Shown here piece by piece: positions 41,500 to 53,088 of a DNA stretch of 64,000 nucleotides. The position numbers were made by a program, and so were the translations under genes. This DNA comes from Macrostomum lignano (Eukaryota): the NCBI GenBank assembly GCA_002269645.1, contig NIVC01000396.1, forward strand, positions 62,001 to 126,000, written 5' to 3'. A model generated the notes under the pieces. It made no database searches. It had not been told where the DNA came from and worked only from the letters and a program-made list of their open reading frames with translations. Position 1 is the stretch's first letter. Every line of letters starts with the position of its first letter.

Positions 41500-44400
41500 A
41501 TGCTACCTGCCGCTGATGAACTCCGTCGATCAGTCAGTGATGGCGGAGGCAACAGCAGCAACAGTGGCTGCATCAGCACCGTGAGCAGCAGCTCAGCCAA
41601 GTCTGCAGATCAGCAGAAGATGGAGAACGAGTTCAGCATGGACCGATTGAGGCACCACTGCCGCACCTGCCTCAGCAAGGCTTGGGCCACGGCAGACAGC
41701 TCAGAGATTAGCATTGTGCCCGTCAGGTTGTACTCTGGGTGGGTGACGCTGTTGCAGTGTTCTCTGTTGCTTTTTACTTTCTGTGTTTGAAATATTAACT
41801 TGATGAACATTTGGACTGCAAAACTGGTCTTAGCTCCGTTGGGGTGTGTTGGAACCAACCAGTCACCCGAGAGCTGTACCGAGCAATTGCAGGATAATCT
41901 GCGAGTTTAAATCTTGATTCACTGTGACGCAACTGGGCCTCTCCAAGCAGAAAATATCAATAGGTATGATTAGGAACTTTGCTTTAGTTTTGCTGCAGTT
42001 TTCTGTTTTCTGTTCCATGTTTGTTTTACTGCTCTGCTCAAGTGTGGCTCAATTTCAAAAGGTGAGTTCCAGAAAGAAATGAGACAGTGACAGACCGGAA
42101 GAAGATATGGAATCAATTGTTACAGCAGATAGTTTGCCAAAGCAACCTGCTGACTTTCTCACTGCTTCTTTGTAAATTCTTGTCTTATCGTAATGGAACT
42201 GGCGAGATAGAACTGGCGAGTTGGAGCAGGCGAGAGAAAACAGGGGAAAGGCGGACACAGGCTGGGAGAAAACAGGGGAAAAGCGGACACAGGCTGGGAG
42301 AAAACAGGGGAAAAGTGGACACAGGCTGGGAGAAAACAGGGGAAAAGCGGACACAGGCTGGGAGAAAACAGGGGAAAAGTGGACACAGGCTGGGAGAAAA
42401 CAGGGGAAAGGCGGACACAGGCTGTGAGAAAACAGGGGAAATGCGGACACAGGCTGTGAGAAAACAGGGGAAATGCGGACACAGGCTGGGAGAAAACTGG
42501 GGAAATGCGGACACAGGCTGTGAGAAAACAGGGGAAATGCGGACACAGGCTGTGAGAAAACAGGGGAAATGCGGACACAGGCTGGGAGAAAACTGGGGAA
42601 ATGCGGACACAGGCTGTGAGAAAACAGGGGAAATGCGGACACAGGCTGGGAGAAAACTGGGGAAAGGCGGACACAGGCTGGGAGAAAACAGTAGAAGGTG
42701 GACACAGGCTGAGAGAACAGGGGAAAGGCGGACACAGGCTGGGAGAAAACAGGGGAAAGGCGGGCACAGGCTGGGAGAAAACAGGGGAAAGGCGGACACA
42801 AGCTGGGAGAAAACAGGGGAAATGCGGACACAGGCTGTGAGAAAACAGGGGAAATGCGGACACAGGCTGTGAGAAAACAGGGGAAAGGCGGACACAGGCT
42901 GGGAGAAAACAGGGGAAAGGCGGACACAGGCTGGGAGAAAACAGGGGAAATGCGGACACAGGCTGTGAGAAAACAGGGGAAATGCGGACACAGGCTGGGA
43001 GAAAACTGGGGAAAGGCGGACACAGGCTGGGAGAAAACAGTAGAAGGTGGACACAGGCTGAGAGAACAGGGGAAAGGCGGACACAGGCTGGGAGAAAACA
43101 GGGGAAATGCTGACACAGGCTGAGAGAAAACAGGGGAAATGCGGACACAGGCTGGGAGAAAACAGGGGAAATGCGGACACAGGCTGGGAGAAAACAGGGG
43201 AAATGCGGACACAGGCTGTGAGAAAACAGGGGAAATGCGGACACAGGCTGGGAGAAAACAGTAGAAGGTGGACACAGGCTGGGAGAAAACAGTAGAAGGT
43301 GGACACAGGCTGTTCAAAAGGCTTGGAGTGGCTAAAATCAATATTTAGTCATGTTTTTCGCATAGCTGCCCTGTCCTTGCGTATTCTCAATGGGGGGTGC
43401 TCGCTGTGCTCAGCAAGCCGTACTGTTGCCCAGTCCCTCAAATTTCTTATCTCTGACGCTGCTACATTCAAAACTTGAAAAAATTCTGGAAACGATACAA
43501 CTCTCTTGACTCCAGGCCAAAAATGTTTAACACTCCATGAAGCTGACTCACCAGAGTAAAACCAGATAAACCCCCTGGAAGAGCTTGGTCTAAGCAGTGC
43601 ATGGTGCATGTGGACATGTGGATAGTTCAACATGATACTAGAGAATAAAAATCAATCAATGCTGAATTAACCGGTTAAGATTTTTTGTAACTTTTTTTGT
43701 CAGAAAATCAGCAGAAATTATTCGATAGTTTTTATGACCAACCTGGCATAGTCTGTTACTGAAGCCCGTCTGTCTCCTGTGTGTACAAGTGGAAATGAAA
43801 GAAAACTCTGCTGCATGAGTCTTGCAATTGGGCAACCCGATTTTGGGGTGGCAAGCGCGCTTTGTCTCTACCAGATTGCTGCTAAGTCTTGAACTCTACC
43901 GTTTCTGCTTTTTGTGAGCAATCTAAGCCCATGAGTCCAGATAAACGAGTGAATGGCACAGTGCGATAAAAACGTAGCCAAGCCAACCGTCCTAGCAGTG
44001 TGCGTGGCTTTTAAAATAAGTATCATATAAAAGAAGTTTCATTCGACCTAGATTCAGCAGAACTGTTCCTACCAGTGCCGGATATGTCGCAAGAGCAGCC
44101 GCTGACGAAAGCGCAGGCATTGAGTTTGTGTGCCCAGTATCTGGGCGGCGCTTGGGCTGCTCACGTGGACAGCGTTCGGTTTGATGAGATCAGGTGTGCC
44201 AGCTCTGCTGGGCTCGGTGTTGATTGCTCAGATAGCTTACTAGGTAGAGTAGATCGGTTCCGAGTAGATTAAGGTAGAGTAGATCGGTTCCGAGTAGATT
44301 AAGGTAGAGTAGATCGGTTCCGAGTAGACTAAGGTAGAGTAGATCGGTTCCGAGTAGACTAAGGTAGAGTAGATCGGTTCCGAGTAGACTAAGGTAGAGT

Positions 44401-47400
44401 AGATCGGTTCCGAGTAGACTAAGGTAGAGTAGATCGGTTCCGAGTAGACTAAGGTAGAGTAGATCGGTTCCGAGTAGACTAAGGTAGAGTAGATCGGTTC
44501 CGAGTAGACTAAGGTAGAGTAGATCGGTTCCGAGTAGACTAAGGTAGAGTAGATCGGTTCCGAGTAGACTAAGGTAGAGTAGATCGGTTCCGAGTAGACT
44601 AAGGTAGAGTAGATCGGTTCCGAGTAGACTAAGGTAGAGTAGATCGGTTCCGAGTAGACTAAGGTAGAGTAGATCGGTTCCGAGTAGACTAAGGTAGAGT
44701 AGATCGGTTCCGAGTAGACTAAGGTAGAGTAGATCGGTTCCGAGTAGACTAAGGTAGAGTAGATCGGTTCCGAGTAGACTAAGGTAGAGTAGATCGGTTC
44801 CGAGTAGACTAAGGTAGAGTAGATCGGTTCCGAGTAGATTAAGGTAGAGTAGATCGGTTCCGAGTAGACTAAGGTAGAGTAGATCGGTTCCGAGTAGACT
44901 AAGGTAGAGTAGATCGGTTCCGAGTAGACTAAGGTAGAGTAGATCGGTTCCGAGTAGACTAAGGTAGAGTAGATCGGTTCCGAGTAGACTAAGGTAGAGT
45001 AGATCGGTTCCGAGTAGACTAAGGTAGAGTAGATCGGTTCCGAGTAGACTAAGGTAGAGTAGATCGGTTCCGAGTAGATTTAAGGTAGAGTAGATCGGTT
45101 CCGAGAAGATTAAGGTAGAGTAGATCGGTTCCGAGTAGATTAAGGTAGAGTAGATCGGTTCCGAGTAGATTAAGGTAGAGTAGATCGGTTCCGAGTAGAT
45201 TAAGGTAGAGTAGATCGGTTCCGAGTAGACTAAGGTAGAGTAGATCGGTTCCGAGTAGATTTAAGGTAGAGTAGATCGGTTCCGAGTAGATTAAGGTAGA
45301 GAAGTTCAGTTGCGAGTAGATTAAAGTAGAGTAGATCGATTCCGAGTAGACTAAGGTAGAGTAGATCGATTCCGAGTAGACTAAGGTAGAGTAGATTGAA
45401 TGAGAATTCTCGTTCCGGTCTGTGTCCAGTCCTTTTTTAAACCTTGCTTCAGCCAATTATTTAAATTGACAATCTCCAGAAGCAGAATAGCTCGTAATCG
45501 TTACTTTATTTTTTTACGGCAGAAGATACTAATTTTCTATACATATCGGCTCCTCTTAAGTGGCGGCCTCAGCAACTACTTATTCGTGGCCAGCCTGGCC
45601 GACTCGGTGCAGCCGCAGGCGGGCCAGCCCAACAGGGTGCTGATTCGAGTGTTCGGCGAGATTCTCAGCAACAACGCCGAGTCGGTGGTGCTGGACTCCG
45701 TCATCTTCGCCCTGCTGTCCGAGAAGCGCATGGGCCCGCATCTGTACGGCGTCTTCAAAGGCGGCCGAATCGAGGAGTTCGTGGCCAACTCGGCGCCTTT
45801 GCGTCGGCAGCAGATGGCCGAGCCGCTGATCCACGGCATCATCTCCAAGCACCTGGCCAGGCTGCACCGCCTGGAGATGCCGCTGTCCAAGGAGCCGCGG
45901 TTCGTGTTCAAGATGATGCAGTCCTGGCTGCGCAGCGTGGAGGAGGTTGTCAGCGGCAAGACCGACCGGGAGGAGCCGCCGCCACGGCCGGGCTTCAATG
46001 CCACCCCGGTGGCCCGCTTCCTGCGGGACTTCCGGGTGCATGAGGAGATCGACTGGCTCAGGTGGGGGAGCAGGCGGCAAGGGATGGGTATCAGTGTAGA
46101 AGTGGAGAAGTAGAGGGGATTCAACAGGGACTGCAAAACTAGAAACAGAGAGGGAGAAGCAGAGAGGGAGAAGCAGAGGGGGAGAAGCAGAGGGGGAGAA
46201 GCAGAGATGGAGAAGCAGAGATGGAGAAGCAAAGATGGAGAAGCAAAGGGGGAGAAGCAGAGAGGGGGAGAAGCAGAGGGGGAGAAGCAGAGGGGGAGAA
46301 GCAGAGAGGGGGAGAAGCAGAGAGGGGAGAAGCAGAGGGGGAGAAGCAGAGGGGGAGAAGCAGAGAGGGGGAGAAGCAGAGGGGAGAAGCAGAGGGGGAG
46401 AAGCAGAGAGGGGGAGAAGCAGAGGGGGAGAAGCAGAGAGAGAGGAGAACAGAGGGGGAGAAGCAGAGGGGAGAAGCAGAGAGAGAGGAGAACAGAGGGG
46501 GAAAGCAGAGAGGGGGGAACAGAGGGGGAAAAGCAGAGGGGAGAAGCAGAGGGGAGAAGCAGAGAGGGGGAGAAGCAGAGAGAGAGGAGAACAGAGGGGA
46601 GAAGCAAAGAGGGGGAGAAGCAGAGAGGGGGAGAAGCAGAGAGAGAGGAGAACATAGGGGGAGAAGCAGTGAGGGGGAGAAGCAGAGAGAGAGGAGAACA
46701 GAGGGGGAGAAGCAGAGGGGGAGAAGCAGAGAGGGGGAGAAGCAGAGGGGGATAAACAGAGAGAGGGGAGAAGCAAAGAGCAGAAGAAACATGAAAGAAA
46801 CGCGGGGAAAAGCTCAAGATGTAACCAGTTTGGAATGAATGAATGTTCAATTAAAGTAAAAGTATCTGTATATTCTAGGCGAAAATACTACTAAATTAAG
46901 TAGTTAAAATGGCAGCTCTCAAATTAGTATATGGATTTCACTAAACCATTTTATTAAAAATACCCTAATAACCGACTTGGTCTTTCAGAGACGCCTTCTA
47001 CAATCAGCTGAGTTCGCCCGTGGTGTTCTGTCACAACGACTTGCAGGAGAGTGAGTGGAGCTCAACATTTTCATTCCAATGTGTAAAATAGTAAATGCGT
47101 CTTTAATAGGAATAAGAATCACCCCTTTCCTCCCCTTAGAATCGCCCCTAACTTCCTCATGGGAATTGCCCCTAACTTCCTCATGGGAATTGCCCCCAAC
47201 TTCCTCATGAGAATTCCCCTAACTTTCTCATGGAAATCGCCCCTAACTTCCTCATGGGAATCGCCCCTAACTTCCTCATAGGAATCGCCCCTAACTTCCT
47301 CATGGAAATCGCCCCTAACTTCCTCATGGGAATTGCCCCTAACTTCCTCATGGGAATCGCCCCTAACTTCCTCATAGGAATCGCCCCTAACTTTCTCATG

Positions 47401-50400
47401 GAAATCGCCCCTAACTTCCTCATAGGAATCGCCCCTAACTTTCTCATGGAAATCGCCCCTAACTTCCTCATGGGAATCGCCCCTAACTTCCTCATAGGAA
47501 TCGCCCCTAACTTCCTCATGGAAATCGCCCCTAACTTCCTCATGGGAATTGCCCCTAACTTCCTCATGGGAATCTCCCCTAACTTCCTCATGGAAATCGC
47601 CCCTAACTTCCTCATGGGAATTGCCCCTAACTTCCTCATGGGAATCGCCCCTAACTTCCTCATGGGAATTGCCCCTAACTTCCTCATGGGAATCGCCCCT
47701 AACTTCCTCATGGGAATCGCCCCTAACTTCCTCATGGAAATCGCCCCTAACTTCCTCATGGGAATTGCCCCTAACTTCCTCATGGAAATCGCCCCTAACT
47801 TCCTCATGGGAATTGCCCCTAACTTCCTCATAGGAATCGCCCCTAACTTTCTCATGGAAATCGCCCCTAACTTCCTCATGGGAATCGCCCCTAACTTCCT
47901 CATAGGAATCGCCCCTAACTTCCTCATAGGAATCGCCCCTAACTTCCTCATGGAAATCGCCCCTAACTTCCTCATGGGAATCGCCCCTAACTTCCTCATG
48001 GGAATCTCCCCTAACTTCCTCATGGGAATCGCCCCTAACTTCCTCATGGAAATCGCCCCTAACTTCCTCATGGGAATTGCCCCTAACTTCCTCATGGGAA
48101 TTGCCCCTAACTTCCTCATGGGAATTGCCCCTAACTTCCTCATGGGAATCGCCCCTAACTTCCTCATGGGAATTGCCCCTAACTTCCTCATGGGAATTGC
48201 CCCTAACTTCCTCATGGGAATCGCCCCTAACTTCCTCATGGGAATCTCCCCTAACTTCCTCATGGGAATCGCCCCTAACTTCCTCATGGGAATTGCCCCT
48301 AACTTCCTCATGGGAATCTCCCCTAACTTCCTCATGGGAATCGCCCCTAACTTCCTCATGGGAATTGCCCCCAACTTCCTCATGAGAATTCCCCTAACTT
48401 CCTCATGAGAATTCCCCTAACTTCCTCATGAGAATTCCCTTAACTTCCTCATGGTAATCTCCAATAACTATTCCCTGAACACTCACATAGTAGACTAGAC
48501 TCCGCACATGCGTATGCTGTGACTCTCCCGCAGACAACATCCTGAAGTTCGACAACGCCTCCAGACAGCACGGCTTCAGCCTGCAGCTGATCGACTTCGA
48601 GTACTGCAGCTACAACTGGCGCGCCTTCGACATTGGCAACTTCTTCAACGAGTGGACGCTCGACTATACGCCGAGCGAGTGGCCGTACTTCTCCTATCAC
48701 CCAGACTGCTACCCCAGCCCGGAGGCCCAGCTGACCTTCTGGCGCTCCTACCTGCGCTGGTACAGCGAGCCCGAGATCGACCACAAGGTGCCCCTGTTCC
48801 CCACGCAGGAGAGCAGCGACTGTCGCGACGTCGCAGGCGCTGACACAGTCGCCGACGACGTTGAGGTCGCAACGGCGCCGGAGACTAACAACGCCGTCGC
48901 CGGTAGCGAAGCGGACGCGGCGCTACTGCTGGAGGCCAAATACGGCGCGTTGATGTCGCATTTCTTCTGGTCAGTCTGGTCCCTGCTGCAGGCCTCCGTA
49001 TCCAGCATCCACTTCGACTTCAAGGTAAAGCACTGCAATGTGCACTAGCGCATGCCTTTGGTGCTGGCCAGCCTCCCAGATCCTCAGTTGCTGGGGCCAC
49101 CATCACCCTCCCAGATCCTCAGTTGCTGGGGCCACCATCACCCTCCCAGATCCTCAGTTGCTGGGGCCACCATCACCCTCCCAGATCCTCAGTTGCTGGG
49201 GCCACCATCACCCTCCCAGATCCTCAGTTGCTGGGGCCACCATCACCCTCCCAGATCCTCAGTTGCTGGGGCCACCATCACCCTCCCAGATCCTCAGTTG
49301 CTGGGGCCACCATCACCCTCCCAGATCCTCAGTTGCTGGGGCCACCATCACCCTCCCAGATCCTCTGTTGCTGGGCCAGCCTCCCAGAGATCCTCAGTTG
49401 CTGGGCCAGTCTCTCAGATCCTCAGTTGCTAGGCCAGCCTCCCTGATCCTCAGTTGCTGGATCAGCCTCCCAGATCCTCAGTTGCTGGGCCAGCCTCCCA
49501 GATCCTCAGTTGCTGGGCCAGTCTCTCAGATCCTCAGTTGCTAGGCCAGCCTCCCAGATCCTCAGTTGCTGGACCAGCCTCCCAGATCCTCAGTTGCTGG
49601 GCCAGTCTCTCAGATCCTCAGTTGCTGGGCCAGCCTCCCAGATCCTCAGTTGCTGGGCCAGCCTCCCAGATCCTCAGTTGCTGGGCCAGCCTCCCAGATC
49701 CTCAGTTGCTGGGCCAGCCTCCCAGATCCTCAGTTGCTGGGCCAGCCTCCCATATCATTAGTTGCTGGACCAGCCTCCCAGATCCTCAGTTGCTGGACCA
49801 GCCTCCCAGATCCTCAGCTGCTGGGCCAGCCTCCCAGATCCTCAGTTGCTGGGCCAGCCTCCCAGATCCTCAGTTGCTGGGCCAGTCTCCCAGATCCTCA
49901 GTTGCTGGGCCAGCCTCCCAGATCCTCAGTTGCTGGGCCAGCCTCCCAGATCCTCAGTTGCTGGGCCAGCCTCCCAGATCCTCAGTTGCTGGGCCAGCCT
50001 CCCAGATCCTCAGCTGCTGGGCCAGCCTCCCATATCATTAGTTGCTGGACCAGCCTCCCAGATCCTCAGTTGCTGGGCCAGCCTCCCAGATCCTCAGTTG
50101 CTGGGCCAGCCTCCCAGATCCTCCTTGCTGGGCCAGCCTCCCAGATCCTCAGTTGCTGGGCCAGCCTCCCAGATCCCCAGTTGCTGGGCCAGCCTCCCAG
50201 ATCCTCAGTTGCTGGGCCAGCCTCCCAGATCCCCAGTTGCTGGGCCAGCCTCCCAGATCCTCAGTTGCTGGGCCAGCCTCCCAGATCCTCAGTTGCTGGG
50301 CCAGCCTCCCAGATCCTCCTTGCTAGGCCAGCCTCCCAGATCCTCAGTTGCTGGGCCAGCCTCCCAGATCCCCAGTTGCTGGGCCAGCCTCCCAGATCCT

Positions 50401-50722
50401 CAGTTGCTGGGCCAGCCTCCCAGATCCCCAGTTGCTGGGCCAGCCTCCCAGATCCTCAGTTGCTGGGCCAGCCTCCCAGATCCCCAGTTGCTGGGCCAGC
50501 CTCCCAGATCCTCAGTTGCTGGGCCAGCCTCCCAGATCCTCAGTTGCTGGGCCAGCCTCCCAGATCCTCAGTTGCTAAGGTCACCGTGACCCTGTACACC
50601 GAAATGAATGTCAGAAGCCCCCCGCCGCTGTCTCGCAGGAATACGCCCAGTTGCGCTTCCGTCTCTACGCTAAGCTAAAAGAGGAGATTACAGGCAAACC
50701 CAGCGGCCTGCCGGTACAGTGA
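41500..50722 (+). CDS. Choline/ethanolamine kinase, long isoform (exon 1a)
   Basis: join(41500..41726,45561..46061,46989..47050,48534..49024,50639..50722), phases 2,2,1,0. Motifs SGGLSN, LIRVFG, MGPHLYGVF..GRIEEF, Brenner motif CHNDLQENNIL, LIDFEYCSYNWRAFDIGNFFNEW, HFFWSVWSLLQ, EYAQLRF. CHKA vs CHKB cannot be assigned. Confidence 0.9.
42235..43310. repeat. 32-bp minisatellite between choline kinase exons 1a and 1b, ~33 units
   Basis: GCGGACACAGGCTGGGAGAAAACAGGGGAAAK repeats. Confidence 0.95.
44084..44193 (+). CDS. Choline kinase alternative first coding exon 1b
   Basis: MSQEQPLTKAQALSLCAQYLGGAWAAHVDSVRFDEI + AG|GT (phase 2) joins exon 2 to give ..DEISGGLSN. C..YLGGAW is the conserved choline kinase N-lobe segment. 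Confidence 0.85.
44243..45395. repeat. 30-bp near-perfect minisatellite filling the intron after exon 1b, ~38 units
   Basis: AAGGTAGAGTAGATCGGTTCCGAGTAGAYT repeats. Confidence 0.97.
46140..46780. repeat. AG-rich 14-17-bp minisatellite in choline kinase intron 2
   Basis: (GAGAAGCAGAGGGG)n with variable G/AG runs. Confidence 0.92.
47135..48450. repeat. 24-bp minisatellite filling choline kinase intron 3, ~55 units
   Basis: AATYGCCCCTAACTTCCTCATGGG repeats. Confidence 0.97.
49065..50578. repeat. Compound 35-bp/28-bp minisatellite filling choline kinase intron 4
   Basis: GGGGCCACCATCACCCTCCCAGATCCTCAGTTGCT units (49080-49370), followed by GGGCCAGCCTCCCAGATCCTCAGTTGCT units. Confidence 0.95.
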
Positions 50723-51596
50723 CTGAACGGCAACGCCAGTATATGGATGGAGAATCTGCCGCCGAGCTGCACACGTCACTGTGGGCCTGATGCGGCTTGT
50801 ACTTTACAACATGTCAGTTTTGCCTATCTCTTGCGCTGCGGCTGCCGCTGCACTGCACTAAATGCTTTAAAGATTGGCTTGACCTGCTGGTAATTTGATG
50901 ACTAATTAACAAAGAAAATCTTAATTCAGATTTCGTATTAGCGTGCGTGTGCAATATGCTTACTCAAAGCTCCAGCTTTTCACTTATAAGCAAAATATTC
51001 CTTGTGTTTACTTAGTAGCAATTGGTTTTGTTTAAATCTCAATTTTTTCAACTGCTTCTGGTATTTATTTGACAATGCTAGCGCTGAATTGAGTATCGAT
51101 CTTGTAAGTGTAGCTTTGTGCTTAGGAGAATTTTCTGCCATTTTTTTGAGATTCTAAACAAATACCCAAATGTTATCCATGCAATTTATTTTTTTTGCAC
51201 CTATCTTAACATCTTCATCTAAAATATATTGATTCTATATACACAGGTCAGAGTCGAACCCAGTTTTATTTTTGTTTATTTCGGTTTAGTGTGATCTAAT
51301 CTAAAATATAAGCAAAAGAAAGCGAACAAGAACTGCACTGTTGTTTGTTACTCGTGTTTGAATGTTGAGGCGCGGCCTCAAAGAAGCACAATAGGCCGTG
51401 CGATACCAATTATTTTATAATTTACGACTGAGAGGTGAAAAATTTGCGACGGGCTTTTAAAGCAAACATTTTCAGACACTACTAGTAGTAGACTACTGCG
51501 TTATTTGCTTGTCTCCATCTACCGACAATTTCGAAACTGCGTATATTCTATGGGAGACAAGGGCAGATTATGGATTTTATATATCAGTATTCGCTT

Positions 51597-52400
51597 AGAC
51601 GCGAGGTGTAGGGCAGACCTTCAAATCAATAAGTCAATCTCCTCTCCCCCACATGCGTACATCAATTCAAATAGAGCGATAAAGTGAGTGCATGCGGGGA
51701 CGGGTAGGAAAAGACGCGAGGTGTAGGGCCAGACCTTAAAATCGATAAGTCAACCTCCTCTCCCCCACATGCGTACATCAATTCAGATAGAGCGATAAAG
51801 TGAGTGCATGCGGGTACGGGTAGGAAAAGACGCGAGGTGTAGGGCCAGACCTTAAAATCGATAAGTCAACCTCCTCTCCCCCACATGCGTACATCAATTC
51901 AGATAGAGCGATAAAGTGAGTGCATGCTAGGGGGGCCGTAGCCCAGCGGTAGCGCAGCTGCTCTGGTGTGCCAGCGACCCAGGCTCGATTCCAAGTGCAG
52001 TCACATTAATTTGGGGCTGAATTGGAATCTCGGCTTGGCTCTGCTCGTGCAATTAACGGCCTTGAGAGCCAACCCCCCAAGGCGCAGTGAAGTGTACATG
52101 CCTAACGATAAAATAAAGTTAGGGCCGCTGTACACTCCTGTGTGCGTGTGTGCCTGCGTACGTATCCGCGCGCTTGTGTGCCTGCTCAGGGGAGTCGGCG
52201 GAATGGGCAGTAATGCCTCTCGCCGGTTGTGTGCCTATGTCGCTTAAAGTGCGCCAGGGTGCACACAACCCCCCTGCCTCTAAAAAAAAGAGTGCATGCT
52301 ACGGGAACGGGAAGGAAAAAACGCGAGGTGTAGGGCCGGACCTCAAAATCGATACGTCAACCTCCTCTCCGCCACTGCGTACATTCATTCAGAGAACGAT
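51597..52400. repeat. 115-116-bp tandem repeat, 4 units, interrupted by a SINE
   Basis: GCGAGGTGTAGGG begins at 51601, 51716, 51832 and ~52323. Confidence 0.85.
51930..52289 (+). mobile_element. Full-length tRNA-derived SINE (~360 bp) with A8 tail and 12-bp TSD
   Basis: GGGGGCCGTAGCCCAGCGGTAG (A box), GGCTCGATTCC (B box), ends CTCTAAAAAAAA. GAGTGCATGCTA is duplicated at 51918-51929 and 52290-52301. Confidence 0.85.
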
Positions 52401-53088
52401 AAAGTTGGGCCTATCCAAGAGTGGCATGAACTGGCAAGGGCGTGTGTGAGGAGAGGGCGGTAATTGTATTTATCTTTGGCTTAGTTTCGCAAGTCTTGGT
52501 TGATAGAGAGGCCTCTCAATTTTACTCAATTTTTCTTGCCCTTTCATCAGATACTACTACACACTACTACAACGTACATGTAAAGCTTTGCATATCGAAA
52601 AAGCCTAAGATATATTGTATGATAATGAACTAGTAAAGCATTAGGCTTAAACAGGTGTAGCATTCAAACTGTGGAAGAGTTGCGAGAAGAATTGCCAATT
52701 TAAATGCTGAGTACAGGGGTCGCTATTAACTACTGAAGCTAAACTCAATGGTTGAAAGCCTATTTGAGGGCAGCTGCATAAAAGTTACACACATCACAGA
52801 TGTCTCAAACTTAAGCAAGCACAACTCATATGTGTCGCTAAATTATGATCATTGAAAACTTTCCATAATATCACAGACACAGATTACTGTGCGACAAGAC
52901 GAGCAGAATTTATGAATATAAAAATCAAAACTAAAAACTGCATCATTAAAGAAGCTCAACTTTATAATAAACGCACAAAATTGCCTAGGTATGTGCTATG
53001 ATTCCTGACCACTGATTTCCAACACCGAACCCAGCTTATGCTCGCTTTGTTTTACATGCAACACTAGGCAGGAAATCCTGTAGGCATC

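Noticed and set aside
22690-41530. Hammerhead ribozyme cores (CTGATGA at ~22694, ~37134, ~41513)
   Set aside because: No downstream GAAA with compatible stems; two of the three sites are in coding exons.
35730-52000. Functional tRNA genes at 35730, 39374 and 51930
   Set aside because: A/B boxes are present but there is no complete cloverleaf; bodies, tails or TSDs indicate SINEs.
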